A stretch of 64,000 bases of DNA from Spirochaetota bacterium (GTDB taxonomy: Bacteria; Spirochaetota; UBA4802; UBA5550): assembly GCA_963664815.2 (NCBI GenBank), contig CAXXHB010000002.1, forward strand, positions 256,001 through 320,000, in the 5' to 3' direction. Positions 44,758 to 53,986 of this stretch are shown here, one piece after another (the stretch's first letter is position 1; each line of letters opens with the position of its first letter). The notes under the pieces were generated by a model, which did no database searches, had not been told where the DNA came from, and saw only the letters and a list, made by a program, of their open reading frames with translations. A program made the translations under genes and the position numbers.

Positions 44758-45173
44758 TAGTCAGATAGTGGAGGTGAACCACCACAAAAAAACCGTTACC
44801 TTTCGGTATAAGAAGAGAATGGGTAGGAGATCAGAAAGAAGCATTACACCACTGAAACTATAAGCATATATGAATTTATAGCGCGTATGCTCTTCTTTTT
44901 GCCCGATAAACACCGTAAAATACTTCGCTACTACGTGATATATGCCCATAGTATAGAAAAGAAACTGGACAAAATTGAGCGAATCACCTGGTCAAAGGCC
45001 ATTGAGCATTCATTTGAAAAAATCCTGAAAAATGCCCGGCATATTCGTCTCATATGGTGAAGGATGTTGTATTTTCTTTTTATGCGGATAAAGAGATTAA
45101 GAGACTAATAACAACCCATGCTATTAGCAAAGGAAATTTTATACCCTATAAGAAAAAGGCACAGCCATCGTAA
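44758..45173 (+). pseudogene. IS91-family (Y2/HUH) transposase C-terminal remnant
   Basis: VTFRYK, EFIARMLFFLPDKHRKILRYY, WSKAIEHSF..NPEKCP across two frameshifts; not in ORF track. Confidence 0.7.
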
Positions 45174-45299
45174 TTGCGAACGCAGGTTTGCTGAAGTTGA
45201 CAAAAAGAACTTGACTATGTTTCAAATTGGAAGATATATTTTCTCGATAGAAACGAGGTATACGTGAACATGAAATTTCGCGCGATTTTTGGCGCGAAA

Positions 45300-45485
45300 T
45301 TTTAACAACTCATTGCTATGAGGGACTTTTTTCTGCTGAATGAACCTTGTGGTGATACCGATAAGGCCGATTCTATCCCATTACGTAGGTTTCTCATGAG
45401 ACATCTGGTATCCTTTTTCACCCTTCTTGTCATTCCTTTTTCTCTAGTGTCGGCGGACTTTCCTACAACAATGAGAATGTTGTAG
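45300..45485 (+). other. attC-like inverted repeat (candidate)
   Basis: AACaactcattgctatgagg pairs with cctacaacaatgagaatGTT; preceded by 11-bp hairpin 45273-45302. Confidence 0.45.
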
Positions 45486-45545
45486 ACTGAAACGCAGTTT
45501 TATAACCAACCATAAATTTTAAAAATATGTACGTAGGTAATTGAA

Positions 45546-46169
45546 ATGAATCATACTAAAGATCTTTTTGAAAAAGAATATGAAAAACCCATTGCACGTT
45601 GGACAAACGAAAATCCCCCACAAGAACTTACAGAGTTAATTGATTCTGAAATAATTAAACCTTGCAAAACTCTTGATATTGGATGCGGAGAAGGCTTTTA
45701 TTCTATTTATCTCGCAAAAAGAGGTTTTGAAGTCGTCGGAATAGACCTTTCAGAAAAGGCAATAGAATACGCAAAGAAAAATGCGAATGAAAATGGAGTG
45801 AATGTAAAATTCATTGCAATGAATGTAAAAAACTTGAACAAGTTGGATGAAAAGTTCGATTTTGTTTTTGAGTGGGCGTTTCTGCATTGCATAACAAAGC
45901 CCAAAGAAAGAGAAGAGTATATAGAAAAGGTGAGCAAACTATTAAATAAAGGTGGAAAATATTTTTCGATTTGTTTTAATGAAGATCAATTCAAAGAGAT
46001 CCCGGAAGAATCCAAGAAAGCCCTCGGATCAATATTATATTTTTCATCATTAAATGAACTTAAGAAATTATTCAGTTCTTATTTTAAGACAATAGAAAGT
46101 AAAGTAGTTGAAATTGTTGTATCCGGGAAAAAATTCATTTGGAACTATTTCCTGATGGAGAAAAAATAG
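45546..46169 (+). CDS. Class I SAM-dependent methyltransferase
   Basis: LDIGCGEG, GIDLS, FDFVFE, LNKGG. Confidence 0.9.
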   Translation: MNHTKDLFEKEYEKPIARWTNENPPQELTELIDSEIIKPCKTLDIGCGEGFYSIYLAKRGFEVVGIDLSEKAIEYAKKNANENGVNVKFIAMNVKNLNKLDEKFDFVFEWAFLHCITKPKEREEYIEKVSKLLNKGGKYFSICFNEDQFKEIPEESKKALGSILYFSSLNELKKLFSSYFKTIESKVVEIVVSGKKFIWNYFLMEKK

Positions 46170-46178
46170 GTAAGTTTT

Positions 46179-46227
46179 ATATAACGTTAAGACATGCTTA
46201 ATACAAGCAGTGCATCGCCTGTTATAT
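46179..46227 (+). other. Short attC-like site
   Basis: ATATAAC..tgcttaatacaagca..GTTATAT, 9 bp after stop codon. Confidence 0.5.
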
Positions 46228-46794
46228 GCCGGCAGGTGGTCACTGAGCCTGCAAACGTACTGTTTGCTCAACATAACCGCCTGAGCAGTAACACGATATA
46301 ATATTAATGGATTTTAAATTACCGGATTTATAATTGCAATAATAATTCGTATGTAGAAATTTGAATAAATAAACAATTGCATCTTTATAACAACCAATAT
46401 ATCTGCTTTTAAATTATTGTTAAACGATACTTTCCGGAATAAATTATCAGTATTTTTCAGTTATCAGAATAAAAGTATACCTTCATGATCTTTTTATAGT
46501 TCCATAATCATAGTATTAATATATAGATAATAATCTACAACCGCTCCGGTTCGCTGGAGGTGAACTGTATAGTACCGGTTCAGGAATCTCCTTTAAAATA
46601 ATGTTTATTATATTTAACTGATGTCAGCATTATAAATAATCGAATTGTGTTGAAAACTACCTTATGACAAATTCACATTTTAGATACAAAATAAAACTTT
46701 CCGCCAAATGATAAACAGAAGCTCTCAAGATGCAATTTACCCTGCAATCAACGAGCCTCATCAAATCTTTGTTTAACATTTTCCACCTTTACTA

Positions 46795-48027
46795 CTATTT
46801 ATTTGACCATTCGCTATTGTATAGCAGACCATCATCAATACTGCTTTTTATATTATTTTTAAAAGGTGACAAAAGATATGTAATGAAAAGTAGACAAATT
46901 ACTGCTGAAATACCGGCGAATATCAGAACCAGTGCCACGCCTAATTTTTCTGCCATATACCCTCCAATCAGCATAGAGCAGATACCTGCAGGTGTTAATA
47001 ATCCCAAAACAGAACCATATACACTTCCCCTGATAGATGCCTGAGTAGACTGATCTCTTAATGTATGAATACTGACCAATGCTGCATAAAAGACTGCAAA
47101 GGAAAGCATTACAATCAGGCATGCAAGGTAATAATTTTTAATCAGCCCTAACGCAGCAAAGGAGGTAAAATGTATTAACAATCCCCATAATATAATCTGA
47201 TTGTTCTTCCTCTTTTTTGCAAGCCAGGGTCCTGCCAGGCTTCCGGCAATACTCCCCAGCCCTATCAGCGTCATAAAAAATCCATATTGACTATCATTTC
47301 CGGCAAGAAACGTTTTCACATAGATTATAAAAAGTGAAACCTGCAATCCAAGGAAGAGCCGCCATGTGACTCCGACATATACCAAGTATTTCAAATAATT
47401 ATTATCTTTTATATATTTGAACCCGTCCGGGATTTTTTTCATTGGATTTATTTTTTCTGCAGTAACATTTATTTTTTCCGATTTAATAAAGCAGCTCATT
47501 ACAGCTGTGACTATATATATAATACAAGTAGCATACAATAATACATTAATCTGAAATTTCAGAACAACAAGACCTCCTATCAATGGCGCCAAGAGCTTTG
47601 CCGCATTCAGTAATATTAATATAACGGAGTTACCTGTGTGATATTTTTCTGCAGGTATAATCTCTGCAATTAACGTACCTCTTACATTCATTATGAAGGT
47701 AAGCATTATTGAAATACAAAACCAGAGGGCGTAAACTTCAGATATATTATTCACCAATGACAGGAAAAACAGCATTACTGATGTAGCCAAGGCAATAATG
47801 CGCAGTACATTGAGTCTACTAAATCTGTCTGCTATTGCACCACAGACCGGTGAAAAGAATCTTGGTAAATATGTCAGCACAGCAAATAGACTTACATTTA
47901 ATGCGCTCTTTGTGATATCATATACATGCACTGTCATGATAAAGAATATAAACTCATATCCAAAGGCTGACAGGACATATGTAACAAAGAAATTATTTAC
48001 ATTTTGTTTCTTCGTGATTTGTTTCAT
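46795..48027 (-). CDS. MFS transporter (macrolide-efflux/DHA3-like)
   Basis: ~12 hydrophobic segments, GAIADRFSR motif A, RGSVYG. Confidence 0.88.
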   Translation of the reverse strand: MKQITKKQNVNNFFVTYVLSAFGYEFIFFIMTVHVYDITKSALNVSLFAVLTYLPRFFSPVCGAIADRFSRLNVLRIIALATSVMLFFLSLVNNISEVYALWFCISIMLTFIMNVRGTLIAEIIPAEKYHTGNSVILILLNAAKLLAPLIGGLVVLKFQINVLLYATCIIYIVTAVMSCFIKSEKINVTAEKINPMKKIPDGFKYIKDNNYLKYLVYVGVTWRLFLGLQVSLFIIYVKTFLAGNDSQYGFFMTLIGLGSIAGSLAGPWLAKKRKNNQIILWGLLIHFTSFAALGLIKNYYLACLIVMLSFAVFYAALVSIHTLRDQSTQASIRGSVYGSVLGLLTPAGICSMLIGGYMAEKLGVALVLIFAGISAVICLLFITYLLSPFKNNIKSSIDDGLLYNSEWSNK

Positions 48028-48032
48028 ATAGC

Positions 48033-48140
48033 TTACACTCTTAATTGTGATAAAAAGGGATTACTGCTACTTGGCTCTACACAATGAAAGCTTGAAAAAC
48101 AGTGTACTAAAACCTTTTCTTTGATTACTTGCTTTTTCAT
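48033..48140 (-). CDS. 35-aa small ORF upstream of the MFS gene
   Basis: GGAGG RBS; MKKQVIKEKVLVHCFSSFHCVEPSSSNPFLSQLRV*; stop 5 bp before MFS ATG. Confidence 0.5.
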   Translation of the reverse strand: MKKQVIKEKVLVHCFSSFHCVEPSSSNPFLSQLRV

Positions 48141-48263
48141 AATTCCTCCATTTTTCCTGCAATTCTTTGTTTACATTTATACCAATCGAAATTATCAGGT
48201 CAACAGAACGAATTGATGTGTTATATCGTAGTTTCCGATATGATGCTTTATTGGAGTATTTAC

Positions 48264-48550
48264 GTGGATTTTAAACAGCTTTACACATAGGGCTATTGCA
48301 ACGCTTTGAAGCTTTAATCAAGCCGCAGACACACTTGATTATGCGTAGTCGACAGTGTCAGAGCAGATCAGGACACTTGAGACGAATTTAGGTGTTAAAC
48401 TATTTAAAAGGGACAGTAAAAAATAGCTCTCTTACTTCGGCGTGTGAACTTCTTTTACATTATGCTTAAAAAATAATAAGTCTTGAAGCGAAGAAGAGGT
48501 TAGTTCGGAATACATAGGATGCTAAGAGATATCAAACCGGCAAAATTATG
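48264..48550 (+). pseudogene. LysR regulator N-terminal remnant, divergent from MFS
   Basis: MDFKQL..SFNQAADTLDYA*STVSEQIRTLETNLGVKLFKR. Confidence 0.8.
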
Positions 48551-48603
48551 TCGGTGAAAAGCGGCAAATTCTAATTGGTGTTCACAATTATTATTTTTTC
48601 CGG

Positions 48604-48730
48604 TAAAATCACCGGATTATTACTGCATGTTATTTCAAATACCGGAAGAAAACGGTGTTCAAATCTCTATTAATACTTGTGCTGAGTATAATCGAAGTAT
48701 GTTCTGCCCGATAGCAGCGGTTTCGTCCAC
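48604..48730. repeat. ~127-bp dispersed repeat, copy A (copy B 54621-54750)
   Basis: Shared gattattactgcatgttatttcaa, accggaagaaaacggt, ttgtgctgagtataa, tgttctgcccgata. Confidence 0.85.
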
Positions 48731-48773
48731 GAGAGTACAAGGATGTACTCATGTATGATAAATGTTTATGATT

Positions 48774-49142
48774 TTAAATAAACCTATCTATTGGTACATT
48801 AAAAATTTTCGATAATTCTTTAGCATTCTGTTTACTGATAGCCCTTGTTCCTCTTTCCATATGAGATATGTTTTGCTTAGAGATTCCTCCAAGTTTTTCT
48901 CCTAATTCTTCCTGTGTCATTTTATGGATTTCACGATAAATTTTCATGCTCTTACCAGGAAACATTTTACTATCAATTTCTTTGAACCAATCAGTTTCAA
49001 AGACGTCAATTAGTTCGTCTTCACTATCTTTAATCAGCTTCATTTTTTTCCCATAAACCTCTTTCAATACAGAAAGAACTTTTGGAGGTATTTCTCCTTC
49101 AATTTCGATTTTAATATGTGGCGTCTTCACGTGAGCCTGCAT
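48774..49142 (-). CDS. XRE antitoxin-like HTH protein
   Basis: MQAHVKTPH..MTQEELGEKLGGISKQNISHMERG. Confidence 0.85.
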   Translation of the reverse strand: MQAHVKTPHIKIEIEGEIPPKVLSVLKEVYGKKMKLIKDSEDELIDVFETDWFKEIDSKMFPGKSMKIYREIHKMTQEELGEKLGGISKQNISHMERGTRAISKQNAKELSKIFNVPIDRFI

Positions 49143-49200
49143 AATATACCTCAATTACAATTGAATTCTTTTCATGTTTCCAGCATGCAATCAATTTATA
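49111..49200 (-). pseudogene. RelE-like toxin 3' fragment
   Basis: YKLIACWKHEKNSIVIEVYYAGSREDATY*, truncated at an IS-end-like sequence. Confidence 0.75.
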
Positions 49201-49249
49201 CTTTTCTACAGTCTCGTTATATGAAGGCGCACCACTTTTTAAATATAAC

Positions 49250-49882
49250 TTATTTCTTAATAAACAATGTTTCTGGCATAAAATCACAACCTATCGATTC
49301 ATCAGGAATTACTGCTTGTAATCTTAAATAATTTTTATCAATTTGAAATACTAATTCTACTTTATCTTTTTTTGCAATATTAAAGTCACTACTTTTAATT
49401 TTCAATTTGATTGTTTTACCATCAACATGATATGTTCCTCTAACAATTCCAAAGCCGTGGCATAAATTAATGTAATATTTGAAGGTTTTATCTTTATAAA
49501 TAAAAAGTTGAGACGGGTTATATTTTGTCAAATCTGTAACCATTATATATTCACCAACAATTGGTACTCTTTCGTCAATTTTTATCTCAGACAAAAATCC
49601 ATCAAAAACATAACCGAGCTTATTGCCATATTGGACTTTAATCCAATTACCTGGAATCCCTTTAACAGTTACCATGTCATTGATATAGACTTTTTGTTCT
49701 ATTAGATTAATCTTTGAATTAAATGGTATAATATATAGAATTTTTGAATCAGCTGAATTATTTTTATGTAAACTAACACCAGATTTTGGTGTAACAAATA
49801 AACTTTTATTTTTTGATAACAACATAAGTGGTAATAATAAAATAAATGTAATATAAAAAATCAGAAATTTATTTCTTTTCAA
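49250..49882 (-). CDS. Exported SH3-domain protein
   Basis: Signal peptide; GNWIKVQYGNKLGYVFDGFLS. Confidence 0.8.
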   Translation of the reverse strand: MKRNKFLIFYITFILLLPLMLLSKNKSLFVTPKSGVSLHKNNSADSKILYIIPFNSKINLIEQKVYINDMVTVKGIPGNWIKVQYGNKLGYVFDGFLSEIKIDERVPIVGEYIMVTDLTKYNPSQLFIYKDKTFKYYINLCHGFGIVRGTYHVDGKTIKLKIKSSDFNIAKKDKVELVFQIDKNYLRLQAVIPDESIGCDFMPETLFIKK

Positions 49883-49929
49883 TTTTTACCCTTTAAATCC
49901 TAAATTATAATCAAATATAAAATTTATTA

Positions 49930-51060
49930 TCAAAAGAAATATCCAAAATCAATCGCAATTGTTTTAATCGAACCAGTATAAAGATCTCGCGAAATAATTT
50001 TTTTATCAACTGAATAAATTAACCAACGATCAATGATTTTATAAACAGCATAATCATCTGGTTCTAAGATTATTTGCTTATCTTTATATACATCATATAT
50101 TACTAAATAATCATCTGGTGATGAGCGACCCTCAATTTTTTTTTCTTTATTAAAAACTAAAAATCTTCCATCTTCACTAATCGTAATTCCTTGATAATCT
50201 TCATTTTCATCAGGTTGCGTTACATGATATACTTTATTTTTTCTCAAATCTAAATATTCGATCCAAGTATGTATATCTTTTAGCGGTTTAAACTGTACAT
50301 AAGCAAGAGTATTATTTCCTGATATTTTAAAACCATTTGTTAATAAAGGAAACTGTTTGAATTTTTCAAATTTATTTGTTTCAATATAATAATATGATAA
50401 ATTGTGTTCTAACCCAGAATTATCAAAATCTTCAAAATTTCTATGTATTTTTTGCATATCATAATATTTGTTATCATCTAGTTCATAACATAATATAGTG
50501 TTTGAATTTGGTACAAATTGCAGAAAGCCCCCAAGCTTCCGTATATATGTAGTTTTTTCATTTCGTGTGTTATAATAATAAAATCCCTTTTTGGGATTTA
50601 TTCTATGCAACAGTTCATTTTCTGTGCTCGGGCATTCTCTGAAATAAATAAAATAATCACCTGTATCACTCCATCCAGTTAGTAAGATTTCTGATGCAGT
50701 ATAATCGCTTGTTTCTTCATAAAATTTTTCGATAAATCGTTCTGTATTTTTCTTTAAGTTCATTATATATAAGTCATTATTCTTTAAATATGCTAAAAAC
50801 TCTCCATTTTTTGAGATTAATGGATAGCCTCTTCCTCTGAAGGCACTCATATTGCCCATGCCACTTTTACCTGCAACTATCTTATTATTTCCAAGCGCAT
50901 CTAGAATACAAATATCATCATTTTCAGCAAGATAGCATAAATATGGAATATTTTTTACTTCGGGTATTTTATCTGTAATCTGTTCAGGTAAATTTGGATT
51001 TTTACAAGATTCTAATGCCAGCATTATTAGGAGAAAAAAAATAGCTTTTATTGATTTCAT
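49930..51060 (-). CDS. Lipoprotein with TolB-like beta-propeller repeats
   Basis: MKSIK..LESC lipobox after GAGG RBS; ISKNGEFLAY, WSDTGDYFIY, ISEDGRFLVF. Confidence 0.7.
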   Translation of the reverse strand: MKSIKAIFFLLIMLALESCKNPNLPEQITDKIPEVKNIPYLCYLAENDDICILDALGNNKIVAGKSGMGNMSAFRGRGYPLISKNGEFLAYLKNNDLYIMNLKKNTERFIEKFYEETSDYTASEILLTGWSDTGDYFIYFRECPSTENELLHRINPKKGFYYYNTRNEKTTYIRKLGGFLQFVPNSNTILCYELDDNKYYDMQKIHRNFEDFDNSGLEHNLSYYYIETNKFEKFKQFPLLTNGFKISGNNTLAYVQFKPLKDIHTWIEYLDLRKNKVYHVTQPDENEDYQGITISEDGRFLVFNKEKKIEGRSSPDDYLVIYDVYKDKQIILEPDDYAVYKIIDRWLIYSVDKKIISRDLYTGSIKTIAIDFGYFF

Positions 51061-51129
51061 ATTATTCAATCCTCTATTTTTTAGTTCAATAATAAGTATA
51101 TTTAAATCTAAATTTTGTAGCACGATTTT

Positions 51130-51232
51130 GTTCAACGCCTAGCTTACGCAAAGTTGGCCGAAGGCCAATTTGCCGAGCCTGTTTCTCAAGTCAAGTGCCA
51201 AGGAGCGAAAGCGACGCAGCGCCGTAAGTTTT
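51130..51232 (-). other. attC site, major part (remainder at 53875-53885)
   Basis: GC-rich imperfect palindrome; minus strand ends cgtaagct aggc GTTGAAC; restored arms AGCTTACG/CGTAAGCT. Confidence 0.75.
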
Positions 51233-51429
51233 GAGTCTAACGCAAAAATAAATATTAATTTACTGTCAACACACAGGATGTGAATAATATCAATCATCTT
51301 TTAAAAAAAGGATAAAGATATGAATGCACGCTACCACTCATACACTCCAGACCAGCTCTTTATATGATCTTCCCCTGATATAGTGGACATTAAGTTAAGC
51401 CGAAAATATAATAAATTTGGAGGCTTACA

Positions 51430-51720
51430 ATGTCAGAGAGAAGTAAATACAGCCCGGAATTTAAGAAAGAGGCTGTAGAATTATTAAGAACCAGCGGAAA
51501 GACATCACTTGAAATAGCGAATGATCTTGGGATTAAAAGAGATAATCTATTGCGCTGGAATAGGGAAATTGAAACAGAGGAAAGGAATTCCGGGACAATA
51601 ACAATAAATCCTCAGGATAGTGAAGAAATTAAACGACTCAAGAAGGAAATGTTGATTCTTAAGCAGGAGCGTGACATTCTAAAAAAGGCTCTGGGCATAT
51701 TCTCGAAACCACAAGAATGA
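51430..51720 (+). CDS. IS3 transposase OrfA
   Basis: Identical translation to 36552-36842. Confidence 0.95.
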   Translation: MSERSKYSPEFKKEAVELLRTSGKTSLEIANDLGIKRDNLLRWNREIETEERNSGTITINPQDSEEIKRLKKEMLILKQERDILKKALGIFSKPQE

Positions 51721-52586
51721 AATATGAATTCATCAAGGAACAGAGTACTGAATTTCCAGTATCGAGGATATGCCAGATTATGGATGTGAGTAAAAGCGGT
51801 TATTATGCCTGGCTGAAAGCTCCAAAGAGTATAAGAGGGCTTGAAAATGAAATACTATTGGAGAGGATAAAATCATCACATGAATCAAGCGGAGAGAGCT
51901 ATGGCAGCCCCAGAATTCATCAGGATTTACTTGAAGAAGGTATTTTCTGCGGAATACATAGGGTTGAGAGGCTGATGAATGTGAATGGGATTCATGCAAA
52001 GACAAAGAAAAAATTTAAGGCAACCACTGATTCGGGTCATTCTTTGCCAGTGTCTGAGAATATACTAGACAGGAATTTTACTGTTGAAGAGAAAGATAAA
52101 GTATATGTGTCAGATATAACCTATATCTGGACATTAGAAGGCTGGCTGTATTTATGTATAGTAATGGATTTATTTTCCAGAATGATAGTCGGATGGTCAA
52201 TGGCAAATCATATGAGAGCTGAACTTGTTGAAGATGCTTTTAACATGGCCTGTATGAGAAGAAATCCGGGCCCTGGCCTGATATTCCATTCTGATAGAGG
52301 TAAACAATATGCCAGCAAATCCTTCAGGGAATTACTTGAATCAAAGAAATGTATTCAGAGTATGAGCAGGAATGGCAATTGCTGGGATAATGCCTGTGCT
52401 GAATCTTTATTTCATTCGATGAAAACAGAAGAATTTTATTTTAATATTTACAAAACAAGGAATGAGGCTAAGAGAAGTATCTTTAGATATATTGAAATAT
52501 TTTATAACCGTAAAAGAAGGCATTCACATCTGGGTTATAAAAGTCCGGAGATTTTTGAAAGATTAAATCTTAAAATAATGGCTTAA
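51717..52586 (+). CDS. IS3 transposase OrfB (DDE)
   Basis: Identical translation to 35686-36555. Confidence 0.95.
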   Translation: MKYEFIKEQSTEFPVSRICQIMDVSKSGYYAWLKAPKSIRGLENEILLERIKSSHESSGESYGSPRIHQDLLEEGIFCGIHRVERLMNVNGIHAKTKKKFKATTDSGHSLPVSENILDRNFTVEEKDKVYVSDITYIWTLEGWLYLCIVMDLFSRMIVGWSMANHMRAELVEDAFNMACMRRNPGPGLIFHSDRGKQYASKSFRELLESKKCIQSMSRNGNCWDNACAESLFHSMKTEEFYFNIYKTRNEAKRSIFRYIEIFYNRKRRHSHLGYKSPEIFERLNLKIMA

Positions 52587-53986
52587 CAAAGTGTCCATTT
52601 TTTCGGGGGAACATCAATAGTCCAGATAAATCCTGAAGAAATCCACAGACATAATTCTCTTGTATCTGCAATAGATGACTTTGTCAAAAACATGTCTCAT
52701 TATCACCATTTTCAGCAAAATATGCCAACAGCTTAAACGGAGCTCCGGCTATTCATGCCGGGATGATGCTTAAAGTAATTTTTTATTGTTTCGCTACATG
52801 AAGTTACAGTTCAAGAGAGATCGAAAGGAGAACTAACTGGGATCAGAATGTAATTTACCTTTCCGGTGACAGCTCAGTAGATCATAGTACAATCTGCCGT
52901 TTTATAGAAAAATATCCGGAAGAGATAACAAATGTATTTTCACGAATGGTATATGTACTTAAAAAGATGGGTTTAATAAATTATGATATTGTTGCAATTG
53001 ACGGTAGTAAAATTCAGGGATACGGGAGCAAAGAGTTTACAGGTAACATAAAGGAATTTAAAGAGCAGAAGAGACGTATAGAAAAAAAGATTTCAATACT
53101 TCTGAACAATACAACAAACGATATTTCGCTGCCGGAAAAGAAACTTAAGCGTTGGGAATATAATCTTGAAAAAATAACATCTTTTCTTGCTGACGTAGAA
53201 AATTCAGATAATAACGATTATGAACATACACGCATTAATCTGACAGACCGCAATGCAAGACTTTTGAAGGACAGTGGCCGAATTTATCTGGGTTATAACT
53301 GTCAGACAGCAGCCATTGGGGAAAATAATATAATTGTCGGGTACCAGGTAACTAATAATGCCAGTGACAAGTCTCAACTGGTCCCGATGATAGATGAAGT
53401 AAAAAAACATCAGAATGACCACAGCATTGAAATGAAAGTAGTCGTTGATGCGGGATACTTCACTTCCGAAAATATCGAATATGCAGAAGAAAATGCCATA
53501 ACAATTTCAGGGCAGGAACAGGATGAAGAGTAAACTATTGAGTCCTGAAGGTAGAGCTATCTACAATAACCGGTCATGCATCATGGAACATGGAACATAT
53601 ATTCGGAGAAATAAAGGAGTATAAACATTTCCGGAGATTCTATCACCGTGGACTGGAAAAGGTTAACACAATATGGTCTCTTATCTGTATTGCTCATAAT
53701 TTCCGGAAGTTCGCCCGGCTGGAAGACAGATTATAATTAAATAAATTAAAATATTCCCAAAGACACACGATCTTCGGGATACATACAGGATTGTAAAAAT
53801 AAAATCAGAGGATATTCAGCCGATATTATTTTAAACTACGTATTTTTTTAATATGTTACTTTTGCGACAGACTCCTTTGTTATCGGCTGTTGACCCGCCC
53901 CTTATTATCTTTTTCGTATAAATTTGTTCAAGTGGAAAACGATGTCGAGCCTGAATAATTCAGATATAAATATTTTTGTAAATCTG

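Larger units (their letters stand above)
51365..52616 (+). mobile_element. IS3-family element, copy 2 (1252 bp)
   Basis: Same IRs and proteins as copy 1; ATA target duplication; A-AAA-AAG -1 frameshift site at 51681-51687 in correct phase with upstream AGGAG. Confidence 0.95.
51233..53874 (+). mobile_element. IS1182-family element, degenerate, interrupted by IS3
   Basis: IRs gagtctaacgcaaaaataaatatt / gagtctgtcgcaaaagtaacatatt; tnp from 51320 with SSREIE, DHSTICRF, AIDGSK, GYNCQ, DAGY; stops, frameshift and internal deletion. Confidence 0.88.

Noticed and set aside
35656-52616. Composite transposon bounded by inverted IS3 copies
   Set aside because: Each copy has its own target duplication and interrupts a different restorable gene, so they inserted independently.
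42772-52801. Four in-frame TGA codons at positions where homologues usually have Gly (42772, 43154, 48307, 52799), suggesting TGA=Gly recoding
   Set aside because: Three of the four genes also carry TAA/TAG stops or frameshifts, host genes (guaA, flaB) end in TGA, and GGA to TGA is a single common transversion in decaying DNA.
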